From positions 64,001-128,000 of the IMG/VR virus record IMGVR_UViG_3300005288_000001: a stretch of DNA of 64,000 bases. One strand, given 5' to 3'. Below the pieces are notes generated by a model. That model did not search any database and had not been told where the DNA came from. It was given only the letters and a program-made list of their open reading frames with translations. This document shows, one piece after another, positions 1 through 7,477 of this stretch. The translations under genes were made by a program, and so were the position numbers. Numbering within the stretch: the stretch's first letter is position 1; every line of letters starts with the position of its first letter. Origin of the DNA: a virus.

Positions 1-68
1 CCAGTTTTGGTGAGACTGGAGGCAGAAGTTCTTGACGGAGGGGACCGTGTAGCTGCCTTACTAACTCA

Positions 69-97
69 ATTATACGCCGGAGTTACCCGGCGCACAA
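69..97 (-). promoter_or_regulatory. sigma70-type promoter TTGTGC-N17-TATAAT reading out of the left window edge
   Basis: Minus strand reads TTGTGC gccgggtaactccggcg TATAAT; the spacer is itself an inverted repeat; a CCTAAATA late-type box lies just upstream (101-108). Confidence 0.55.
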
Positions 98-114
98 GTT
101 TATTTAGGGAAATT

Positions 115-477
115 TTACTTTGGTCTAGCTAACCAATCAACTAAAACAGTCAAACCACCAGGGCGCCAAGTAAGAGAAATTTCTTTGAGACCCTTCTCTA
201 CCAGTCGGCAGGTCAGCATATAATCGAAAACGTGTTTGGCTTCGTTATATGCAGCCTCGGTGTAATATCCACTGACGTCTTCAAAACTGCCAAGCAAGAC
301 ACCATCTCTGGTGACGTACTTGACTGTATTAGAAGAAGTCTTCGAGGCTACCGCCTTTGCCGTACTTTTCGATTTTGTCTTTGATGATCGACTCATATTT
401 TCCTTCAGGATCAAATAACCACTCCGGGTTAATCCCCAGCACTTCATACATGTTTGGCATGTCTTTGTACTGCTCAT
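115..477 (-). CDS. hypothetical protein (true start uncertain, probably shorter)
   Basis: ORF fills the gap downstream of the AADT-like gene; its N-terminal part overlaps that gene. Confidence 0.4.
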   Translation of the reverse strand: MSSTKTCQTCMKCWGLTRSGYLILKENMSRSSKTKSKSTAKAVASKTSSNTVKYVTRDGVLLGSFEDVSGYYTEAAYNEAKHVFDYMLTCRLVEKGLKEISLTWRPGGLTVLVDWLARPK

Positions 478-1462
478 GCATATTGATTGGACTACCCGTT
501 GCTTCGAACAATTTCATCAGGGCTTTTGACTCTCGCTTCCACTGAATAGTTGGATATATTTTATCATTGACCGTGTCCCGAAAGCCGTCGAAATTGATTT
601 CAGGCCACTTTGCTTTGAATTCCAAGTAGCGGTTAACGGCATCGCCCGTATTCTGACCAGGATAATCTCGCCCGACGAAGAGCTTTTTACACTGACAGAG
701 GTGGGTTTCGAGAGTGAAGTATGATAGATAATGATCGCTAATTCTATCGCGTGCCTTGGCCATGAGCTCTTTCTCCCACTTTGCAGCGCGCTCGCGGTCT
801 TGCGGAGTTGGTTTGTGATTCGCGTAATGCTCGCCGACGGTGTACTGTTCTGCATTGTTGAGGAAGTGAAGACCGTTCCACACCGAAGTGTTGGCGGGAT
901 CGTTGATGAACATTGTGTCGGGACGAATTGGCAGATCGCAAGTTTCCGCAAGAGCTTGGCTAAACAACCAACCAGTCATACGCCCAAACTTATGGAGCTT
1001 CTGAATCTCTTCGTTTACGTTGTGGTAAGATTGAGTTTCGGAATCGACCAAGCACGACTCAAACGCATCTTTAATTGACCCTTTACCTCTACGATCCACA
1101 AATTCCTGTAAGGATTGGACCATCTTGACGATATGTCCTTTGTTATATCGAGTGTCCGTAGCGAACTTTTGTCTGGGCATGGTTTCACGATTCCATTCAT
1201 CCAGAAGCTTGAAGTCCAGTTTGTCATAATCGGGGAAGGTTTGGTAGAAAATCCAAGCCATAGAACTCTGATACGTCATACCGAACAGGTAAGCGAACCA
1301 AAACTTCTGGTCTTCAGTCATAGGAGCGCCAGTAACACTGTGCGCTGTATCACGGTAGCCATTATTCCACAAATAATGATCAATGCCACCTCCCTTCAAC
1401 CGCCAGTCCAGCCAGCGGAAGAAGAGTTCATCACGGTTTTCGTTTAATCGCCAGTCTTTCAA
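329..1462 (-). CDS. amino acid:DNA transferase-like protein (aGPT-Pplase2 / AADT family, HhH-glycosylase-like fold)
   Basis: Motifs WFAYLFGMTY, DTRYNKG, KFGRMTGW, ETHLCQCKK and YPG resemble phage base-hypermodification transferases; C-terminus SLEDFF. Confidence 0.7.
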   Translation of the reverse strand: MKDWRLNENRDELFFRWLDWRLKGGGIDHYLWNNGYRDTAHSVTGAPMTEDQKFWFAYLFGMTYQSSMAWIFYQTFPDYDKLDFKLLDEWNRETMPRQKFATDTRYNKGHIVKMVQSLQEFVDRRGKGSIKDAFESCLVDSETQSYHNVNEEIQKLHKFGRMTGWLFSQALAETCDLPIRPDTMFINDPANTSVWNGLHFLNNAEQYTVGEHYANHKPTPQDRERAAKWEKELMAKARDRISDHYLSYFTLETHLCQCKKLFVGRDYPGQNTGDAVNRYLEFKAKWPEINFDGFRDTVNDKIYPTIQWKRESKALMKLFEATGSPINMHEQYKDMPNMYEVLGINPEWLFDPEGKYESIIKDKIEKYGKGGSLEDFF

Positions 1463-2340
1463 AAGAAGTCCTCAAGAGTATTCGCACTGTCATCCGGTTT
1501 ATCCTGCATAAACCCAGACCAGCGGAGCTCTTTACTTAGGGGAAATTGCTTACGGAGCTCACGGATGTTTTTCAGGCGCAAGCTGTAGAAGTTCATTGAT
1601 TCGATAAAGACGGGATCTTGTTGGTAATAATCGCGAACGTAGGGCTCCTGCAAAGCTCGATAACAAGCATCCTTAGTTGCAGTTGCTCGTTCGTCGGTTC
1701 CTCGATCTCCTGAAGATTGCATACCTCCTCGGTTAGTGCCAACAGCTGTTGTGGCAACAAGCCAGTTGATAGAACCAACTCCGCCGTGGTTATGAAGAGC
1801 TCGAGCAGTTCTGATGTTATCGTCTTCATGGGACTGTTCTGTTCTAAGGGCTGACTTGTCATTGACGGCTCCCCACCAGGCGCCACCGATTTTGCGGAGC
1901 TTGAATTCAGCAAAGGGTTTCCCTTGCTTGAACATGAGATTTGGGGTGAAATCAAATCCAAAAGGCGTGGATCCAAAACATCCAAACGCGTATCCAAAAA
2001 GTCTTCCCAGAGCGACTTCATTGTCACGGCTGTCCTTATCCATAATGTCTTTGTACATCTTCACGGCAGAAATGTCATCGTCCATGAAGATAATCTTTTC
2101 CCCATCTGGGAAGTAATCGATCAGACCGTTGGTGGCGTTGTGGCCACCCTTCGGTACGATGATCATATCCAGCATAGGAACAGCTGGCAACTCAGCCTTG
2201 TATAGAGGATACTCGTCCTTCGTAACAGCCAGCACAAGCTGACGACCAAGGTCCAAGTCTGTCTGAGCGCTCAGGGTGCTGAGTGTTTTCTTCCAGATGT
2301 CTTTATGACGGCCATATGACCGTACAGCGATCTTAATCAT
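1459..2340 (-). CDS. TET/JBP-associated (GREB1-like) GT-A glycosyltransferase
   Basis: N-terminal IAVRSYGR, FMDDD (DxD), HEDD and GTNRGGMQ; close to a TET/JBP gene; C-terminus TLEDFF. Confidence 0.75.
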   Translation of the reverse strand: MIKIAVRSYGRHKDIWKKTLSTLSAQTDLDLGRQLVLAVTKDEYPLYKAELPAVPMLDMIIVPKGGHNATNGLIDYFPDGEKIIFMDDDISAVKMYKDIMDKDSRDNEVALGRLFGYAFGCFGSTPFGFDFTPNLMFKQGKPFAEFKLRKIGGAWWGAVNDKSALRTEQSHEDDNIRTARALHNHGGVGSINWLVATTAVGTNRGGMQSSGDRGTDERATATKDACYRALQEPYVRDYYQQDPVFIESMNFYSLRLKNIRELRKQFPLSKELRWSGFMQDKPDDSANTLEDFF

Positions 2341-2486
2341 TCGTGGTACACCCGCATTCCGGTAGACAAGGTTTGCTCAAGAGCCATACCTTCTGTCATC
2401 TTCTTCAGTGTCTCTTTGTCCTTAGCCATCAGGGCTTCTAAATCACCATTCTTTCTGCGGACCATGAAGAATATTTTCTTAATCAT
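2337..2486 (-). CDS. hypothetical 49-aa protein (MIKKIFFMVRRKNG...VYHE), not in ORF track
   Basis: Read manually; ATGA overlap with the glycosyltransferase start; fills the gap exactly. Confidence 0.55.
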   Translation of the reverse strand: MIKKIFFMVRRKNGDLEALMAKDKETLKKMTEGMALEQTLSTGMRVYHE

Positions 2487-2688
2487 AGATTGTCCAATCT
2501 TTCACTTTTAGCTTCCTATCGCCAATCTGTTTATAGGTTCCGGCTTCGATACGATCCAGAGTTTCAACGATCTCTTTGGCCACCTTCGGGTTCCAACCAA
2601 TGCCAGGGATATGGCAGCTGCAAAAGGATCCATCGTGGCGGGGATCAAGTCTCTGGCAAATTCGGCAAGGCCCATCAAACATGCTCAT
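2479..2688 (-). CDS. small hypothetical protein with CxxC...CxC
   Basis: Overlap-coupled ORF; CRIC and CSCH may bind metal. Confidence 0.55.
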   Translation of the reverse strand: MSMFDGPCRICQRLDPRHDGSFCSCHIPGIGWNPKVAKEIVETLDRIEAGTYKQIGDRKLKVKDWTIYD

Positions 2689-2908
2689 CTGGTATCTCCA
2701 TTAGTGGCATCCAATGCGTTGGATTTCGTTCAGGGTGGTCTGTGACATGGATTGTCACACCTGAAGATGTGACCCAGTTGGTGATAAAATATCCCGCCAT
2801 CCATGGACGCTTATCACCAGGCCACACCACGATACATTGTTGGCCCTGCTGTGGCTTTTCGTCCTCAAACTTGTACCACTTCATTGCTTCGTGTAGGAAT
2901 ATGTCCAA
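2675..2908 (-). CDS. DUF551-like small phage protein
   Basis: W-x-K-x-E-D-E-K-P start and PTHWMPL end are typical of DUF551. Confidence 0.65.
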   Translation of the reverse strand: MDIFLHEAMKWYKFEDEKPQQGQQCIVVWPGDKRPWMAGYFITNWVTSSGVTIHVTDHPERNPTHWMPLMEIPDEHV

Positions 2909-3078
2909 GTTCCCATTTTTGTTTGAGGATTGAACGTTGCTCGATAGACCATCGAGATGATGGGATTACCCACAGTCATGGAGACACCTTGTGTACCACA
3001 GAATTCCTCAGTGGGTTCTGGCAAGGCGCCAACATAGTCAGGTGTAAATCCCTTTCGGGAGATTGGAGTATGTATCAA
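2881..3078 (-). CDS. hypothetical protein
   Basis: ATGA overlap with the TET gene stop. Confidence 0.5.
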   Translation of the reverse strand: MIHTPISRKGFTPDYVGALPEPTEEFCGTQGVSMTVGNPIISMVYRATFNPQTKMGTWTYSYTKQ

Positions 3079-4409
3079 AAGAAATCCTCAAGTGATGCAC
3101 CCTTCTCGGCGTTCGGGTGGTGTTTCAGTAGTTCTTCCCGGCCCACGCGTTTCTCGCAATACTCAAACCACTCCTCCGAGTCCCACATACCTGGAGCGAT
3201 TCCGTTCCACTTGTAGCGTTGAAGCGGATGGCTAGGATCAAGGCGTCGACCCTCGACGAAATCTTCACGCGCTTTCTCATATTCGTAGCTGCCCAGCTCC
3301 AGCATGCCCTCTCGTAAGTAAACAACAAGACTTACTCTCTCGGAGTCTGGACTACCGAGAACAATTGGCGTGTTCCCATGAATAATGTCGTGGTTATTGA
3401 CGAGTAGTAGGTCCCCAGGCCGTACATTGACGGCCACTCGATACTCTGGGAATACGAGGTAGCCTCCGGTGTAATTTCCATCATTGGAGAGGACGAGGAG
3501 GTTAGACATACCTTCTGTATAATCGCCCGCGTCCCGATGGGCAGCCGTCCGAAACGTTGAGTTGACCGTAATCGTCGTGAATGGAGTACCCGGGATAACG
3601 AACGCTGGATCAATACTATCGGAAGCAGCTTTTTGGTTTGCGTATCGAGCCGGTAGCAAATCTCGGAACCCTTCGGCGAGACGCTGTAGAAATGGATATG
3701 CTTTGATGAAGTCTTCATAATGATCTCGTGTGTATCCAGTTGCACGGCCGAACGGGATGCGGGGATAGCGATCAAACCATCCAGCGATACCCGAACGAAC
3801 CTTGTTGCCATAGGTCGAAGTGGAGATGTAACCTGCTACTTCCTGAACTTTCTTATGGCGCTCAGGCTTCGCAAGAGGAATAAGGGAATCAACCCAACGC
3901 TCAAAATCGAAAGAAGGATCAAAACGAGCATAAACCCAAACAGTGTGCTTACCATTCCCGGTGACGACTTCTCGGCTTTCTTTCGTTGGGTAGCGCGCGC
4001 GAATTTTGTCAATTATTTCTTCCTCGACCAAAGCGGACGTAACCGAGTCTTCATCAATGGCTTCCAACATATCGTGTTGGTAATTTGTGACAAAGGCCCG
4101 AGCAACACGACCTTCTTCTGTTGTATGGCCTTCAAGGATCCCAGATGCCAGACCGCGATTTTCTGTTTCACGCGCCGCAGCACGTAAGCCTTCATATGCG
4201 GCTTGTTGGTCTTCCGTACGGAAATAATTTTTACGAAACTTGAACGCAATGCGTTTTTCGTCAAGGGGCGAACCCCCGACCGATTGGTCCGGTATGTAAC
4301 AGTCAGTGTCTTCATTGACTAGAATGTCGTAATGTGAATCGTCGATGAATCGGCCGATGGTGTTTTCGGCTTCTTCGTATCGTTGGGGAGCTACTAGAAT
4401 TTTTGTCAT
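3075..4409 (-). CDS. TET/JBP-family 2OG-Fe(II) 5-methylpyrimidine dioxygenase
   Basis: FTTITVN...TAAHRDAGD (HxD), HGNT (distal His), RVSLVVYLRE (2OG-binding Arg); C-terminus ASLEDFF. Confidence 0.85.
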   Translation of the reverse strand: MTKILVAPQRYEEAENTIGRFIDDSHYDILVNEDTDCYIPDQSVGGSPLDEKRIAFKFRKNYFRTEDQQAAYEGLRAAARETENRGLASGILEGHTTEEGRVARAFVTNYQHDMLEAIDEDSVTSALVEEEIIDKIRARYPTKESREVVTGNGKHTVWVYARFDPSFDFERWVDSLIPLAKPERHKKVQEVAGYISTSTYGNKVRSGIAGWFDRYPRIPFGRATGYTRDHYEDFIKAYPFLQRLAEGFRDLLPARYANQKAASDSIDPAFVIPGTPFTTITVNSTFRTAAHRDAGDYTEGMSNLLVLSNDGNYTGGYLVFPEYRVAVNVRPGDLLLVNNHDIIHGNTPIVLGSPDSERVSLVVYLREGMLELGSYEYEKAREDFVEGRRLDPSHPLQRYKWNGIAPGMWDSEEWFEYCEKRVGREELLKHHPNAEKGASLEDFF

Positions 4410-4427
4410 CAGTTATATAGATTGCTT

Positions 4428-5834
4428 TTAAAAGTTGAAGTCAAAGCCACCGCGCTTCTCAGCCGACTGTCCCTTTCCGAAACTAGTCTTATCAAAGGCT
4501 GGACCGGTGTCCTTGCCGCCAGAGTCAGCCAAGTCATCTTGGGCATCGTCTTCGACATTATACAACTTCATTCGAGCTTTGTCAACACCAACAACGAATC
4601 GCTTATAATAGCTTGGATCGCCATATCGATTCTTCAATTGCTTAATCATTAGCTGGTTCAACTCATCTAGCTCTTCAGTACGTATTATAGCTAGATAAAG
4701 ATCAAGCGCGTGGACGAGGCCCATAGACTCCGACGTATCGGTCATGGAAATATCCGACGAACCAATACCACCACGATTAACCTGGGTCGCCGTCAGGATA
4801 GGAACATTGTATTCCACAGCCAGACCACGGACTTCTTCGGCAATCGCCTTAACCGTCGTGTAGCTATTCGCGTTGGCGTTCGCACGGATACGCTGCGAGG
4901 CACAGATGTTCAGGTAATCGATAACGATCAAGTCTGGAACGAAACCACGCTTCTGCTTCAGATCCTCGATAAGAGCACGGAAGTGTCCAGCATGAGCACC
5001 GGAGGTTGGATACTCCTTGACGATTAGCTTACCAGTCGTACGGGAGGTAATCTTTCCCATACGCGAGTTGAACGTTCCCTGATCGATGTTTCTAAGTTGC
5101 TTGATCGGAGTATTGAACAGGTTCGCATCAATACGTTCCGCATAGCTGAACTCGGACATTTCCATCGAGATGATCAGGACGTTCTTACCCTGCATCAAAG
5201 TCGCTGCGGCGATGTGAGACATAACCAAAGACTTACCACCACCGGTTTCGGCGGCCAAACAGGTCAGGGTCTTGTTTCGTAAGCCGATACCATCCGTGAT
5301 CTTGTTGAGCAGATCAATGTCGAACTTGATACCAGTTTCTTGGGAGTGATAGTGTGCAAAACGATCGTCTGCATTCTCGAAGTAATCGTGACCAATGTTC
5401 GTGTCAAACGAAACGGCCAGGGCTTCTTGAAGCAGGGTTGGAATAGATTCTTGGGTACGCTTCTTGTCAACACCTTCCACAATCGCAATGGAATTGTAGA
5501 TAGCATTGTATACCGCCTTGGCCTTACAGAACTTCTCAGTTTCGTCTAGGAGCCATTGCTCGTTAACAGTTTCTGCCGCGAGCCCGTCAATAATTTCCGT
5601 CGTTGTTTTAATGTCCGCTTCCGTCAAATCCTTACGATTTGCAATAGCGATATTCAGCACCTCATGTGTACATGCCTTGGAGTACTTCTCAAAGAACTCC
5701 ACTGCGGATTCAATAAGCACTCGCTCATGACGATTCTCAAAGTATTCTGGCTTTAAGAAAGGTACAACCTTTCGGGTGTACTTTTCGTCATAGAGCAAGT
5801 GGGAAAGGATAGACTGCTCAATGCGTGCTGTCAA
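4428..5834 (-). CDS. 41: replicative DnaB-like helicase gp41
   Basis: Walker A AETGGGKS, SMEMSE, IVIDYLNIC, TATQVNR, QLKNRY; T4 synteny. Confidence 0.95.
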   Translation of the reverse strand: MTARIEQSILSHLLYDEKYTRKVVPFLKPEYFENRHERVLIESAVEFFEKYSKACTHEVLNIAIANRKDLTEADIKTTTEIIDGLAAETVNEQWLLDETEKFCKAKAVYNAIYNSIAIVEGVDKKRTQESIPTLLQEALAVSFDTNIGHDYFENADDRFAHYHSQETGIKFDIDLLNKITDGIGLRNKTLTCLAAETGGGKSLVMSHIAAATLMQGKNVLIISMEMSEFSYAERIDANLFNTPIKQLRNIDQGTFNSRMGKITSRTTGKLIVKEYPTSGAHAGHFRALIEDLKQKRGFVPDLIVIDYLNICASQRIRANANANSYTTVKAIAEEVRGLAVEYNVPILTATQVNRGGIGSSDISMTDTSESMGLVHALDLYLAIIRTEELDELNQLMIKQLKNRYGDPSYYKRFVVGVDKARMKLYNVEDDAQDDLADSGGKDTGPAFDKTSFGKGQSAEKRGGFDFNF

Positions 5835-5836
5835 GA

Positions 5837-6112
5837 TTAGGTTCCACCTGTGTAAATAATAGAGTTTTTCTGCACTCCTTCTCGAAGCAGGTCCGTCAGG
5901 TGATCACCTAATTCCTGCTCAAAGGCTTCAACATCGAATTCCTCGAGGGGATTTTCGATGATATCATAATCAAATTTAAGTGCCAGCTGATCGTTCTTTT
6001 TGTCTTCAAGCAGCTGAACCTTGGAGTAACTAAAAATTATACCCGCAAACGGTCCCTCTGTAAAGGCCAAGGCCTCGATTGGTCCGTTGATGTGGCTCTC
6101 AGTGTTTCTCAT
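5837..6112 (-). CDS. conserved T4-like protein at the gp40 position
   Basis: Acidic 91-aa ORF between uvsX and 41, where T4 has gene 40. Confidence 0.5.
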   Translation of the reverse strand: MRNTESHINGPIEALAFTEGPFAGIIFSYSKVQLLEDKKNDQLALKFDYDIIENPLEEFDVEAFEQELGDHLTDLLREGVQKNSIIYTGGT

Positions 6113-6320
6113 TTACACCCTTCGTAATGTAGTCGGCTGGATAATGTGCTCCGTTAGGGAGTCGAATGTAGAACTTGTCCCATGGAACAGTCATGTAATA
6201 GGTCGTCAGGATAACATCGAATGGACCGGTGATAACATCGATCCATCGCTCACCCTGGAAACCCACCAAGACACATCCCTTCTTGTACTCGAAAAGCTGC
6301 TCGATGATTTCCTTCTTCAT
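6099..6320 (-). CDS. hypothetical protein
   Basis: Tightly coupled ORF after uvsX. Confidence 0.55.
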   Translation of the reverse strand: MKKEIIEQLFEYKKGCVLVGFQGERWIDVITGPFDVILTTYYMTVPWDKFYIRLPNGAHYPADYITKGVNEKH

Positions 6321-7439
6321 TTATTCCACCTTTAGGTTAATTCCAATTGGTTCGTCTAGGTCGGAGTAGTCGTCATCCAGAAGTGAATCTGCAATGTCGT
6401 CATCCATATCGCTAGACATGATGTTACCGTTCGCTACTTGGTACTTCTGACGAATCCATTCCTTGAACGTTTCATCTGCCAGAATCTGATTCCAGAACAC
6501 CGAGTGATTCGTCTGCGCTTCACGCCAGTTCTTTTCCTCGATCTCACCAGTACCAGTGTTCACACGAGCGTACCAGCCGTTCTTTGGCTTGATAACGTGG
6601 CCGGATTCAAGTGCCATATCCAACAGACCGGACCACTTGTTAATCCCCTTCTCGTACATAACGTTGATAATGATCTTCGACTTTTCGCGAACGTAACGTG
6701 ACTTCTCAACATTAATCACGAAGTTCCAACCAACGATCTCAGTACCGTCCTTCTCTTGCTGACGACCGATAATGTAGATGTTATCTGCCGAGTAGTAAAT
6801 ACCCGTACCACCAGAAACGACTGCCTTCGAGTACATTTCCTGGGTTTGGTATGTATGGTTAACAACGTCCATCTTGATGTCCTTCAACTTCAAGTGAGGA
6901 GTGACCATACGGAAGACCGACTTCAGCTGTTTAGCACGAGTCATGTCGCCAACCGACTTACTATCAAGAGCGTCGTCAACTTCCTTCTTGGATGCCAGGT
7001 TACCAATCGAGTCAACAGCGATGAATACCTTATCACCACGTTCGATACCGTCCAGCTGGTTCATGACGTCAAATTTGAATTCTTCGATGTTGGTAATCGG
7101 AACGTGTAGCACACGAGACATGTCGATGTTGTATGCCTGGAAGTATGCTTGGGGAGTACCAAACTCACTATCATAGAAGATACAGATTGAGTCCTTATAC
7201 TTGTCCAGATACGACTTGATCATCAGGAGAAGATAGGAGGTCTTGAAGTGCTTGGAAGGACCGGCCCAGATGGTCAGGCCAGGTTCAAATCCACCATCAA
7301 GGTCACCCGAAAGGGCAACGTTAATTGCGGGGACTTGGGTTGTGATCATGTCCTTCTTATGGAAGAACTTAGAAACAGCTAGAACAGCCGTATCCTTGAT
7401 CGTTGAGTTTTTCTGTAGTTTATCGAGTAGTTTGGACAT
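6321..7439 (-). CDS. uvsX: RecA-like recombinase UvsX
   Basis: AGPSKHFKT, YDSEFG, DSIGNLASKKE, NHTY, VSGGTG. Confidence 0.95.
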   Translation of the reverse strand: MSKLLDKLQKNSTIKDTAVLAVSKFFHKKDMITTQVPAINVALSGDLDGGFEPGLTIWAGPSKHFKTSYLLLMIKSYLDKYKDSICIFYDSEFGTPQAYFQAYNIDMSRVLHVPITNIEEFKFDVMNQLDGIERGDKVFIAVDSIGNLASKKEVDDALDSKSVGDMTRAKQLKSVFRMVTPHLKLKDIKMDVVNHTYQTQEMYSKAVVSGGTGIYYSADNIYIIGRQQEKDGTEIVGWNFVINVEKSRYVREKSKIIINVMYEKGINKWSGLLDMALESGHVIKPKNGWYARVNTGTGEIEEKNWREAQTNHSVFWNQILADETFKEWIRQKYQVANGNIMSSDMDDDIADSLLDDDYSDLDEPIGINLKVE

Positions 7440-7477
7440 ATGTGTTAGAAGTATAGTAAAATAGTAAGAAGCCTTAC

